A stretch of 64,000 nt of DNA, from NCBI GenBank assembly GCA_965223865.1, contig OZ245020.1, positions 1,856,001 to 1,920,000 on the forward strand, in the 5' to 3' direction. Every line of letters starts with the position of its first letter. Positions within the stretch are counted from its first letter, which is position 1. Source of the stretch: Nitrosarchaeum sp. GTDB taxonomy: Archaea; Thermoproteota; Nitrososphaeria; Nitrososphaerales; Nitrosopumilaceae. The translations under genes and the position numbers were made by a program. Shown here piece after piece: positions 30,666 through 40,351 of this stretch. The notes under the pieces are model-generated. The model was not told the origin of the DNA. It saw nothing but the letters and a program-made list of their open reading frames with translations, and did no database searches.

Positions 30666-32060
30666 GTGAAAAAGATAAAGATCTACCTTCCTTTACTTGT
30701 AATTATAGTAACAACAATTGGACTGACATTTGATATTATAATTCCAAATGTTTATTCGTTGACTCCGCCATCATACAATGAACAGATTTCTGCATTATAT
30801 CAGAACAATATGTGGCAACTAGGCAAAAACCTGTCTATTGGCAATTCATACACCTACAAAATTTGTGATCCTTCTGCAATACTGAATTATTCAGCTGAGA
30901 GTTACCATTACTTTACAAAAGATCTGGAGCACAACTCTAGTCTGTGTTATATCATAAAACTGGACTTTGTCAACCTACTAAATTCAGATGAAAACCAGAT
31001 TAATAGTGACATTTGGGTGGTTCAAGCCTCAATAAGTGATGTTTTCGGTACAGATAATCCCATAAGACGCTCAGTTTTCCATGTTGATTCTGATACTTTT
31101 GAGGTCAGATCAGCTGATACTATTCATCCAGATACTATAAGATACACTCAATCCTTGGAAAACACGATATTTTCAATTGTAAAATACACTACATCTGAGC
31201 CCAAATTTCTGCAACAAGGAATCAAGTGGGGTGAAGTCACTGAATATTTGGATAAAATGCAAATCAATCCATACATGGAAGTGTTGCAAGATGACTTAGA
31301 ATTTTCTACAATTCAAAATGCTGTGGATTATTCTCAAAATAAACTAATCAAAACAGAAAAGACGTTTGATGTATACAAGGTAGGATATGAAATTGACATC
31401 ATTGATGCTGATCTACGAGAAGAAAATACAAACAATGTAATTAACTATTATCTCATTCACTCACAATTTCCATTTCCATTATCAGGAACCTTATACAGCC
31501 CAGCTCATGTAGTAGAGCCATTCAAAGAATATGAGTTTGAATTGATTTCGTTTATTTCATTTAATGTAATTGAAGAAGATAATTCAATTGAAGAAACTTA
31601 TAATCTAATTGATGATGTCATAGATGAGTCTATTGATAACAATATTATCGATCCAGTGATTGAAGATATTGTAATTGATAACACAGTAGAAGACAATATT
31701 GTTGATGATGTCATTGATGATGATCCTGTGCTGATTGACGATACAACAGATGAAGTTGTTCCAGAAAATGTAGATGCCGATGACATAGTTGATGAGATAA
31801 TAGACGATGACGATATTATAGTTGAAAATATTGTTGAATCTGCGATTGATGATAGTAAAAACAACAATCCATCCGTTACTAATGTGATTGGTCTTGTATT
31901 GTTATTGGCGGTTACAATTGGTGGATTTGTATATTACAAGAAATTCAAAGACAAGAATTTAAAATCAACTAAGAATAATAATTTCAAATCTGATTCAATA
32001 ATCAAAACAGTTCACTTCGATGATAGGATTACAATCAATATCAAGAAAAAACAACAATAA
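30666..32060 (+). CDS. Membrane-anchored surface protein with acidic stalk, copy B
   Basis: Paralog of 4522-5961. Confidence 0.88.
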   Translation: MKKIKIYLPLLVIIVTTIGLTFDIIIPNVYSLTPPSYNEQISALYQNNMWQLGKNLSIGNSYTYKICDPSAILNYSAESYHYFTKDLEHNSSLCYIIKLDFVNLLNSDENQINSDIWVVQASISDVFGTDNPIRRSVFHVDSDTFEVRSADTIHPDTIRYTQSLENTIFSIVKYTTSEPKFLQQGIKWGEVTEYLDKMQINPYMEVLQDDLEFSTIQNAVDYSQNKLIKTEKTFDVYKVGYEIDIIDADLREENTNNVINYYLIHSQFPFPLSGTLYSPAHVVEPFKEYEFELISFISFNVIEEDNSIEETYNLIDDVIDESIDNNIIDPVIEDIVIDNTVEDNIVDDVIDDDPVLIDDTTDEVVPENVDADDIVDEIIDDDDIIVENIVESAIDDSKNNNPSVTNVIGLVLLLAVTIGGFVYYKKFKDKNLKSTKNNNFKSDSIIKTVHFDDRITINIKKKQQ

Positions 32061-32249
32061 CGATATTTCGACATTCATTAAATAATTGTATGATCTTTGG
32101 TCGATTACACTTATGTTCATCCATGTCTAATATGGTCTAGGGAGGACCAATAACGTCTCTAACCCGTAAGCCGTTCCAAAATTCGCCTGAATTTTAGGTT
32201 CTCCCATTTCTTCCTTTTATGCAAATGACCATCATATTTTAGAAATCTG

Positions 32250-33041
32250 ATGAGGCACGTTGAGCTAGTAGCGTTTGAGAACGACTCCATTTTGCACCAA
32301 AAGGCCCTGTCATTGCCTGTAGGCAAGGTGTCATTAAGACAGTTGGGAATACTGGTTGTAGGAATACTGGCTGTATTTTCAACCTATGCAATCACTGACA
32401 ACATCATTGTGCCTGCAATACTTTTTGCAGTATTTCTGGGAATTGGTCTGCCAAACACCAAGATAATGACGCCAGATCAGATGATAAAAAGTGTGATTTT
32501 GTTTCTGATTAGAGGAACATCACTTTCAAAGAAACCAGAGTATATGCAAAAAGATGGGAAATTAAAATCAAATTCTAAAGAACAAAAAGATAACCAGAAC
32601 AACTACATTCAAAGCTCTGAAATCCAGTCAAACAACAACACCATAATGTCAAAAATCATCTCACAACTAGAATCTCTTTACAAAAAGAAAGAATCAACAG
32701 AATCAAAACAAGATAAAAACATTGTAACAACCAACAAGGACAAGAACTATTCTGTCAAAGTAGAATTAACTCCAGAAAATATGTTAAACATAACTCCAAT
32801 AAAGACAATAAGAAACAAAAATCACGAGAGCAATTCAATTGATAAACTACTAAGCTCATTGACAACTTCAAAAAATAATTTACATGATCAGAAAGATTCA
32901 GACTTTTTACAGGAACATATGTCTATTTTGTTAGATAATAATAAAATAGAATCAGACAAAATTATATCAAAAAATGATTCTGCTTCTGTTCTCTTGGATA
33001 AAAATTCAAAGTATGACATTGAGATAATTGTGGATAAATGA
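32250..33041 (+). CDS. PrgI/VirB3-like membrane protein, copy B
   Basis: MRHVELVAFENDSILHQKALSLPVGKVSLRQL plus two TMs and NTKIMTPDQMIK. Confidence 0.7.
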   Translation: MRHVELVAFENDSILHQKALSLPVGKVSLRQLGILVVGILAVFSTYAITDNIIVPAILFAVFLGIGLPNTKIMTPDQMIKSVILFLIRGTSLSKKPEYMQKDGKLKSNSKEQKDNQNNYIQSSEIQSNNNTIMSKIISQLESLYKKKESTESKQDKNIVTTNKDKNYSVKVELTPENMLNITPIKTIRNKNHESNSIDKLLSSLTTSKNNLHDQKDSDFLQEHMSILLDNNKIESDKIISKNDSASVLLDKNSKYDIEIIVDK

Positions 33042-33306
33042 CAGCTTCAAATTAAAACGTCATAGATAAAAACTTCACTGTCAATTGATCACTTTTTCTT
33101 TAATAGAATTATTGTGTTATGTTACATGTTCATGCAAATAGGGCCTGTATTGTTGTTGACGTAACATGAAGATGGTGTGGTAACAGTAAACCTTGCTTTT
33201 CGAATATCTGGTCCTATTTCGTGAAAAGTAGGTGAATCTGCCATGTTATTTTATTGCTGTTGCCACATTATTTTTTGCCTTTTATCAAATTCAACATGTA
33301 CAGTTA

Positions 33307-33669
33307 ATGCTGAAAAGTAGATCAGGAGACCTGAAGGAAGGCGAGTCCTTTGGTGGTTTTATTGCCAAGCTTGCAGTCGCTTTGGTTGCAGTGATAATAG
33401 TTGCAACAATCGTGCCTGATGTGTTGGGCCTGAACATTGCCGAATTGTGTGTTGAAGAAGACACCATACTGGGAGGCATAACCGGCAACCACTGTGGTGA
33501 TGATTCTGTGTTCTTGACTGATGCAGTCAAAACAATCGTAGGTGACGGATACAGTATGCTGCTTGTGCTGATTGGCCTTGCATTCATAGGATTTGGTGCC
33601 TACAAAGGTGTTCAATACCGAATACTCAGTTCTCCTGAAGAAATCAAAACAACCGAAAAAAGACAGTAA
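33307..33669 (+). CDS. Two-TM pilin-like protein, copy B
   Basis: Paralog of 2903-3253; start placed by conservation. Confidence 0.7.
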   Translation: MLKSRSGDLKEGESFGGFIAKLAVALVAVIIVATIVPDVLGLNIAELCVEEDTILGGITGNHCGDDSVFLTDAVKTIVGDGYSMLLVLIGLAFIGFGAYKGVQYRILSSPEEIKTTEKRQ

Positions 33670-33679
33670 CAATAAGAAA

Positions 33680-34138
33680 ATGAATTACGTTACCAAAAAA
33701 CCTCAAAAATCAACTGTATTTTTGGTGATGTTTTACTCGTTGTTGCTGTCTCCTCTATTTTTTTACATATGGGTTTTTGAAAGGCCAGAAATTCCAATAG
33801 TTTTGATAGTTTCCTTGTATTGTGTTTGGCTAGTATCGATGATTATGGATATGAGAATCACTTTGTCCATAAAAAGTCTAATTGTGTTGTATGAATCAAA
33901 CATAATTTTTAGAAATCTTTATGCAAAGTACAGACCAGCTGTTGCAATTCTAATACAGCTATTAGTTGAAACATCGTTTGTCTTGTTGATTCCATCTTTG
34001 ATTTTTCCACGTGAGTTTGGTGTAAAATTATTTTTTGATTATCAAACATCTGCAGTTTTGGCTGGAATTATCAGTGTAATTCATTTTATGGCATGGAGAA
34101 ATAACAAGAGGATGATACGATTGATTAAAGAGATTTAG
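33680..34138 (+). CDS. Multi-pass membrane protein, copy B
   Basis: Paralog of 2450-2890. Confidence 0.85.
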   Translation: MNYVTKKPQKSTVFLVMFYSLLLSPLFFYIWVFERPEIPIVLIVSLYCVWLVSMIMDMRITLSIKSLIVLYESNIIFRNLYAKYRPAVAILIQLLVETSFVLLIPSLIFPREFGVKLFFDYQTSAVLAGIISVIHFMAWRNNKRMIRLIKEI

Positions 34139-34313
34139 AAGATATCGAATACAAATTCTTTAATTTCTTTATAGCCTTTTATTTGAGCGATGAGAACTGT
34201 ATGTAAGGATAAACATGATGATGATTATGAACAAAACATACACGTTAGAAAACCGTATGTTGTTGAGCACTTTATTCAATGTCTCTTTTGTAGACTTTGA
34301 CAGAAACAAAGAA

Positions 34314-34416
34314 AAGCTGTAAAAGCTGTAAGAAATTTGGGATTTAGATTTATTTTTTAGCTAATATTTTTTTAAAAAATATTTGGAGAGGAGAAAACAT
34401 ACAGCTTTTACAGCTT
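34314..34416. repeat. Perfect 17-bp inverted repeat flanking an AT-rich palindromic core
   Basis: AAGCTGTAAAAGCTGTA (34314-34330) and TACAGCTTTTACAGCTT (34400-34416). Confidence 0.9.
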
Positions 34417-34587
34417 CTAGGCATGAACAGGCTTAAGTCCTTAACATAATTTTACATTGATGTTGCTAGAATCAAACAGCGTAATCTCTTCATATTAAGA
34501 GGTTCAACTGGTTCGAACCTTATGACTAATCGAGTTCATATGGACTTCACATGTTAATTTTCAGTCTTTGTTCCAAGTTTTCAGTAG

Positions 34588-34728
34588 CAATATACACTCT
34601 CATCTGATTTGTTAAATCTAAACATGATGGATTTTCTTAACAATTTACTTCCTGTAACATTAGGAAATATAGTGGGAGGTTCAATTTTTATCAGTCTTTC
34701 GTACTGGATTTCATATATTCGAAAATAA
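34588..34728 (+). pseudogene. C-terminal remnant of a formate/nitrite transporter (FNT)
   Basis: [23 protein letters not shown] is the FNT C-terminal signature; in-frame stop just upstream. Confidence 0.75.
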
Positions 34729-34803
34729 TTCAGATGAATGATGAAAATGTAATGTGAACCAAAAATTGATCATGTTAAAATAAACCTATGACTCACCAAG
34801 GGT

Positions 34804-35397
34804 ATGTCTACTAACTATAAAGAAAAGATCGGTGAACTCGTTGGAGTGGAAGTAATAGAGAAGAATGGTATTGATGTTGAGAAACTAAGAAATCTACTTT
34901 TAGCAGGAGTAGGAGCTGAATTTACCACATATTACTACTACACAATCCTCCGAATGCATTGCACTGGACAAGATGGAGAGGGTCTCAAAGAAATAGTTGA
35001 AGATGCCAGAATTGAAGACAGAAATCACTTCGAAGCAATGGTTCCAAGACTATACGAGATTGGAGGTGCACTTCCCAGAGACATCCGAAAATTCGCTGAT
35101 GTGGCGGGGTGTCCTGACGCATTCCTACCAGACAACTGGGAGAATGTAGAAGAGATTCTCAAGGTTCTTCTTGAAGCAGAAAGATGTGCAATCCGTTCTT
35201 GGGGCGAAGTATGTGACTATACAATGAACAAAGACCATAGAACTTATGCTATTGCTCAGGCAATTATGCAAGAAGAGATTGAACATGAAGCTTGGTTTGT
35301 AGAACTCCTAACCAAGAGACCATCGGGACATTTCAGACGATCATTTGTTGGTCAATCCCCACACACAAAGGGACAAGGTGGATTAATACACCTGTAA
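34804..35397 (+). CDS. DPS-like (DpsL) ferritin-family protein
   Basis: [13 protein letters not shown]...[12 protein letters not shown]...ERCA...EEIEHEAWF...PSGHFRR. Confidence 0.92.
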   Translation: MSTNYKEKIGELVGVEVIEKNGIDVEKLRNLLLAGVGAEFTTYYYYTILRMHCTGQDGEGLKEIVEDARIEDRNHFEAMVPRLYEIGGALPRDIRKFADVAGCPDAFLPDNWENVEEILKVLLEAERCAIRSWGEVCDYTMNKDHRTYAIAQAIMQEEIEHEAWFVELLTKRPSGHFRRSFVGQSPHTKGQGGLIHL

Positions 35398-35433
35398 GAA
35401 TTTATAAAAATTCTTCTTTTATTTTTATTAATC

Positions 35434-35790
35434 ATGTTTCGTATCTGTAAGGCTGCAGAAATTAAAGACAACTCTATGAACAAGTTTACTGTAGATAAAA
35501 AGGACATTCTTGTAGGGAAAAGAAACGGTAAGTTATTTGCTTGTGATAATTGGTGTCCTCATAGAGGAGCATCTATGCACAAAGGTTTCTACAAGGAAGA
35601 CAACATAGTTTGCTATATGCATGATTATGAGTTTGACATTGAATCAGGAAAACTCACTAACATGAAGTCTTGGAAAAAAAGTGATACTTGGGTTGAACAG
35701 AATCCTGCATGGAGAGCATCAGGCGATCTTATTATGTATGATGTTGAGATAATGGGTGATGATATTTACCTTAAACTCCGAGAAAAATAA
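35434..35790 (+). CDS. Rieske [2Fe-2S] ferredoxin
   Basis: CPHRG...CYMH. Confidence 0.9.
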   Translation: MFRICKAAEIKDNSMNKFTVDKKDILVGKRNGKLFACDNWCPHRGASMHKGFYKEDNIVCYMHDYEFDIESGKLTNMKSWKKSDTWVEQNPAWRASGDLIMYDVEIMGDDIYLKLREK

Positions 35791-35829
35791 TCTACTCAAG
35801 TTTTTATTTATAAATTCAAAATATACATC

Positions 35830-36099
35830 ATGGTTAAAAAACGAAAACCTGTACTTTTCATTGATGATAGCAAGGAATCAAGTGCCGCCATCCAGTTACT
35901 AGAAAATGAAAAAATTGAATATACTCCTTATCACATTAAAAAATTTGAAGAAAGTTGTTGCGGAGAAGTTCCAACTACTACAACACCATCAGTTTTTGCG
36001 CCAGATGGAGTCTTTCAAGGCTTTGATGGAGTTAGAGATTATATCGTCTATAGAAAAAGTGAACAATATGATGATGAAAGTCCAAGTGCATACTGGTAA
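35830..36099 (+). CDS. Small glutaredoxin-like protein
   Basis: Thioredoxin-like layout (TPSVF...GFDGVRDY) without canonical CxxC. Confidence 0.55.
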   Translation: MVKKRKPVLFIDDSKESSAAIQLLENEKIEYTPYHIKKFEESCCGEVPTTTTPSVFAPDGVFQGFDGVRDYIVYRKSEQYDDESPSAYW

Positions 36100-36137
36100 A
36101 TGAGTATCAACATTACTGGAAATTTTAGGGGCATAAA

Positions 36138-36317
36138 ATGGATCCTGAAAAAAGAAAAGAGTATCTAAAAGAATATCGTTCTAGGCCAGAAGTCAAGGAA
36201 CATGAGAAGCAATACAGAAAAGAGTATTACTCAAGACCAGAAATTAAGGAACGGCAAAATGCATATCAACTACAGAGATACATAGAGAATAATCTAAAAA
36301 GAGAAAAAAAGAAATGA
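36138..36317 (+). CDS. 59-aa basic protein with internal repeat
   Basis: KEYRSRPEVKE / KEYYSRPEIKE. Confidence 0.55.
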   Translation: MDPEKRKEYLKEYRSRPEVKEHEKQYRKEYYSRPEIKERQNAYQLQRYIENNLKREKKK

Positions 36318-36467
36318 AAAGATTCACAGATTTTAGAAGTTACTTATTATGTAAAAACATATTTTCTTAAACGATTAAATTTTGATTGATATTTTAAGAA
36401 ATTATTTTTAAAATTATAATTGCATTTCAGATACTTTTCCCTTTTATTAAATTCAATATCATAATTT

Positions 36468-38408
36468 GTGAAATCGATTTCAATCCTTTCAAAGGAGAAA
36501 AATAAACAAAAGAATAATCAAAATACAAATTCAGTCAAGAAAACTGACAATAACGATCCAAATCAATTCAAGTACAGCTATAGTATAATCCCAACCAACT
36601 TTGTCAATTTATCAGAAGAAAACCAGACACAAAAGATGGGACAGTTCTTTGATATTCTAAGAGTCATAGAAGACAGAATCAAAATTACAATGTCTCGAAG
36701 GATGGTTCCCATAACTGTAGAAGGCCAGACAGTAGACATGCCAGTTATGCAAATTCATCTAGAATCACATCAGCCACTAAGTGATGTTTTAGATCAAATT
36801 AAGGTAGAATACATTTCAGGTGACAGGCCGCCAAAAAGTCAGATTGTAAGGGAAAATCTCAGTAATATGGAAATTATTCAAACTGTTCATGAAAATAATG
36901 ATAATGAATTTGTTGAAAATAATTACAACAATTCAATTTTTGCCCAATGTTTTTCGCTCTATAATCTTCCTGCCACTTTACCATACGCATGGATCACCAA
37001 CATCTTTGGATTGTGTTCACAAGTTCAGATTATGATAAATCCTGTTGCAAAGGATGAGGCCATTACACGAATGGTCAGATTCAAAAATATCATCTATGAG
37101 GATTCCAAAAAAGACAGATCTACAGCTGAGCTTTACAAAAGGGCTGATGATACTGAAAATTCTCTGAGACGAGATGATACTGGACTGTATGAATGTGTAA
37201 TCAACTGTATGGTCACTGCACAAAACAAAAAACAGTTACATGATAATTCTAAATTATTTAAAAAACAAGTAAAAAGATATGGTGGCTCATTTGGTGTGGT
37301 TTCAGCAAAACAGGCTGCAATGTTAATTGAGGGATATGGCAAGAAACTAACGTTAGATAGAGGAAGTTGTGTAATTTTGTATTCATTTGTATCAGCTGAC
37401 ATGCTGGAAATTCCAAACGGAATACCATTGGGAATCAACATGATATCAAAGGGACCAGTTATTTTTGATATTGCAAAAAGAACAAACTATAACATTGCAG
37501 TAATTGGAAAAAGCGGTTCAGGAAAATCATTTACTGTAAAGATTTTACTAAACAGATTACACCAGAAATTTCCATACTCTCACATCTTTGTGATTGATCC
37601 TATGGGAGAATATGGTGCAATCTCCCAGTTTTTTGGAATGCAAAATTTGAACATCACCAAAAATGATGAACATTTGGGATTGGATCCGTTTGTTTTACTG
37701 GAACCGCAGGATGCAGCTGACATTCTGGCAGAGATGACTAATGCGCCAGACACCACAAAGATACAGTTTCAAAAGTATTGTGACAAGGCAAAAAACATGA
37801 AGGAATTTTATGACAAATTAACACCAAGACACAGAAAATATCTGGATCATCTGATGGATGGTCCTCTGTCTAGAATAATCCTAGGAGAACCAAAACTGAA
37901 TGACTCCAAGAAAATTATCATTTCAATGGATGGTGCAACTGGAAATGATTCAGAATCAATGGTACTCGTGTTGTTGTTAAATAAGATTTTCAAGATTTGT
38001 AATCAATTACCAACTAAAACAAGAAAGATTTTGGTGATTGATGAGGTATGGATGTTATTCAAGATGCCAGGAGCTGCAAAGTATGTCAACATGATAGTGA
38101 GAATGGGCAGGAAACTAAACATCAACTTTATCTTTATTTCACAAAGAATCGAGGACATTTCAAAAGAGGATGACACTGGAATTGGAAAAATCATAGACAA
38201 CATGGAGACCAAAATCATTTTGGGATTGGAAGAACAGGCAGCTGAAACTGCAAGAAAAGTTTTGAATTTGTCAGATCAGGAAACCAGCAAACTAAAGTCA
38301 TTTAATCGTGGTCATGCATTGTTTTTGACTAAAAATCATCGAATTCATGCAAAGTTTGAACCTACTTCACAAGAAAAAGAGATGTTTGATACGACACCTT
38401 TGGAATAA
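36468..38408 (+). CDS. VirB4-like conjugative-transfer ATPase
   Basis: NYNIAVIGKSGSGKS (Walker A), VIDPMGEY, ILVIDEVW (Walker B), RMGRK, ISQ, GHALF. Confidence 0.9.
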   Translation: MKSISILSKEKNKQKNNQNTNSVKKTDNNDPNQFKYSYSIIPTNFVNLSEENQTQKMGQFFDILRVIEDRIKITMSRRMVPITVEGQTVDMPVMQIHLESHQPLSDVLDQIKVEYISGDRPPKSQIVRENLSNMEIIQTVHENNDNEFVENNYNNSIFAQCFSLYNLPATLPYAWITNIFGLCSQVQIMINPVAKDEAITRMVRFKNIIYEDSKKDRSTAELYKRADDTENSLRRDDTGLYECVINCMVTAQNKKQLHDNSKLFKKQVKRYGGSFGVVSAKQAAMLIEGYGKKLTLDRGSCVILYSFVSADMLEIPNGIPLGINMISKGPVIFDIAKRTNYNIAVIGKSGSGKSFTVKILLNRLHQKFPYSHIFVIDPMGEYGAISQFFGMQNLNITKNDEHLGLDPFVLLEPQDAADILAEMTNAPDTTKIQFQKYCDKAKNMKEFYDKLTPRHRKYLDHLMDGPLSRIILGEPKLNDSKKIIISMDGATGNDSESMVLVLLLNKIFKICNQLPTKTRKILVIDEVWMLFKMPGAAKYVNMIVRMGRKLNINFIFISQRIEDISKEDDTGIGKIIDNMETKIILGLEEQAAETARKVLNLSDQETSKLKSFNRGHALFLTKNHRIHAKFEPTSQEKEMFDTTPLE

Positions 38409-38497
38409 GTGTTTTGAAAAAATGATACAAAAATGATAAAAATTGGGTATGGAGATAGAGTTTGAAGATATGGAGAAAACAATGAGGAGTGATAAAA

Positions 38498-39172
38498 CTA
38501 TTCTGTACTCTTAGAATAACATGTGGTTAATGTCCAGCCTTTTAAATCCTCTACAAGATAAGGGTATTTTTCAATCTGTTCTTCATTAAAAGTTGTTATT
38601 TTTGGTCCATCAATGTTATCCCCATTCATACAGTAATTATTTTTATTAAATTCTAATAATGAAGAATATGGATCCACCCATAAAATATCTGTGTGAACAC
38701 CTAAACTTACATCATTATTTGTACAAGTAAATGCAATTGTATTTTGAGGATCAGATAGTATTGAAGTTACCCCATTAGACAATATTCCCAAACATACATG
38801 TTCTGCAATTTCCTCAAAATCATTTGAAAATACTACAACTATGTCATCTCCTTCATAATACAAAGATGCGGGTTCAATATCTGAAGCAACCGGAATTTCT
38901 AGTGCCGTAGCCAAATACACATTAGAAGTACCACTTGTACTACCTTTTTGATATTGCTGAAACCAAGGGGTTTCAGTTGCATCATTTCTCTTAATGGAAT
39001 CATGATATTGATAATACAAATATGTTCCATTAGGAGTTGCAACAATCACATATCTGAGATTCTTAAATAGTTCATTGTCTTCAGACCAATTAAGACGTCT
39101 ATCTGAATCTAGTTTTAATAGAAAATCCCGTGTGTTATCGGAATATTTAGAGATGCAACACAACCAGATCAA
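38498..39172 (-). CDS. Hypothetical protein, weak Cache-like extracellular sensor pattern; 5' end uncertain
   Basis: YVIVATPNG...TPWFQ...SNVYLATALEIPV. Confidence 0.45.
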   Translation of the reverse strand: MIWLCCISKYSDNTRDFLLKLDSDRRLNWSEDNELFKNLRYVIVATPNGTYLYYQYHDSIKRNDATETPWFQQYQKGSTSGTSNVYLATALEIPVASDIEPASLYYEGDDIVVVFSNDFEEIAEHVCLGILSNGVTSILSDPQNTIAFTCTNNDVSLGVHTDILWVDPYSSLLEFNKNNYCMNGDNIDGPKITTFNEEQIEKYPYLVEDLKGWTLTTCYSKSTE

Positions 39173-39326
39173 GGGATTTGATAGATTTAATCCAAATGTT
39201 CAAGCAAAAGCTGATGCTAGATTGTTAGAACAGTTACATGAGCATCCAGGATCTGCTGGAAAGATATTTGAAAATATGAAAAATAGAAGTATTAATGAAA
39301 CAATGAGAGATACATCTTTCTGATTT

Positions 39327-40052
39327 TCATTTTCTTCCATACAAAGATTTTAGCTCTTCTAATGGAACTTTGGGATATAGTTCTAATTCATCGGAAATTT
39401 GATTTTCTTTTTCACACAAACTTAATCCTTTGGTACCTATTGTAATCCATTGTTCCGCTTCTGTTTCGTAAATAACTGATTCATGATTTGATTTCGGACG
39501 TAGTCTTCCAGTAACTATTTCATTAGTTAACATTTCATCTTTCATTGTAGGTAGTAAGAACCATACAGGATTACCATCCTGATTTTCACGTAATATTGAT
39601 GGATACCCATATCTAAATTCAATCTTTTCTTCTTCTAGTATTATTCCAAAATTGGCACCCATTTCTTTATCATATTGAATTTGAATTTCTCTTGTTCTAG
39701 CATTCGGTACTTTTTCCAATCGTTGATTCAAAGTAACAAAAGCTTTCCTCTCCTCATCATACCAACAATCATTCCACACATTGTGATCTGGAATGTCAGA
39801 AGGTACTTTATCAGAACGAGTTATTGGCATTGTAATAGAACGGTCTAAATTTTTCTGAATATTTTCAATCGCTTGTTTTGTATTGTTGATTTCAGTCAGA
39901 ATATCTAGCCTTGTCTTTTGTTTGTCTGGATGATCATTTTTGATAGAATCCAACTTTTGTTCTAATTCTGATAATTCCGATTGTAATGGCTTTAACATCT
40001 CTTCAAATCTACTAATGTATGGGTTTTGAGTCAATGTACTGCTCATGTACAA
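39327..40052 (-). CDS. Hypothetical protein with N-terminal coiled coil
   Basis: 241-aa ORF. Confidence 0.75.
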   Translation of the reverse strand: MYMSSTLTQNPYISRFEEMLKPLQSELSELEQKLDSIKNDHPDKQKTRLDILTEINNTKQAIENIQKNLDRSITMPITRSDKVPSDIPDHNVWNDCWYDEERKAFVTLNQRLEKVPNARTREIQIQYDKEMGANFGIILEEEKIEFRYGYPSILRENQDGNPVWFLLPTMKDEMLTNEIVTGRLRPKSNHESVIYETEAEQWITIGTKGLSLCEKENQISDELELYPKVPLEELKSLYGRK

Positions 40053-40104
40053 TTACGCTCCATTTGCATAAAAGTACTCCGACTCTTGCCTGTTTGCATA
40101 TTTT

Positions 40105-40151
40105 TATTAGTACTAATATTCTATATATTGTTTTCGTTATTAGTACTAATA
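40105..40151. promoter_or_regulatory. Two perfect 14-bp palindromes TATTAGTACTAATA
   Basis: At 40105-40118 and 40138-40151, between divergent genes. Confidence 0.75.
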
Positions 40152-40177
40152 TATCATAGTAACATGTCATAGATATA

Positions 40178-40351
40178 ATGCCAAAATGGAAAAAAGATGA
40201 AACAATATTCCCATTAAAGGTCATAGTAAATGACAGAAATATTAGAATTAATCTACCTCGTCAGCTGTGGGAGGAAGATCTTAACAGTGCAGAATCAATA
40301 ATAATTGAAAAGCACAAGAATGGTAGAATCTCCATTAGGAAACAAGATTAA
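40178..40351 (+). CDS. 57-aa AbrB-like protein
   Basis: MPKWKKDETIFPLKV...RINLPRQLWEEDL...IIIEKHKNGRISIRK. Confidence 0.65.
   Translation: MPKWKKDETIFPLKVIVNDRNIRINLPRQLWEEDLNSAESIIIEKHKNGRISIRKQD

Noticed and set aside
31590-31860. GAT/GAC-rich periodic sequence as CRISPR or tandem repeat
   Set aside because: Explained by the Asp-rich linker of the 464-aa protein; no repeat-spacer array was seen anywhere in the window
6865-38408. Interpreting the element as a provirus
   Set aside because: No capsid, terminase, portal or packaging-type genes recognisable; the ATPase motifs and PrgI-like neighbour fit conjugation better
1405-38408. Inverted module duplication as an assembly artefact
   Set aside because: The copies are clearly diverged, with indels, different cargo and swapped micro-ORF order
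39075-39323. 82-aa plus-strand ORF
   Set aside because: Overlaps the 224-aa minus ORF and has no motif; I cannot decide which frame is real in the overlap
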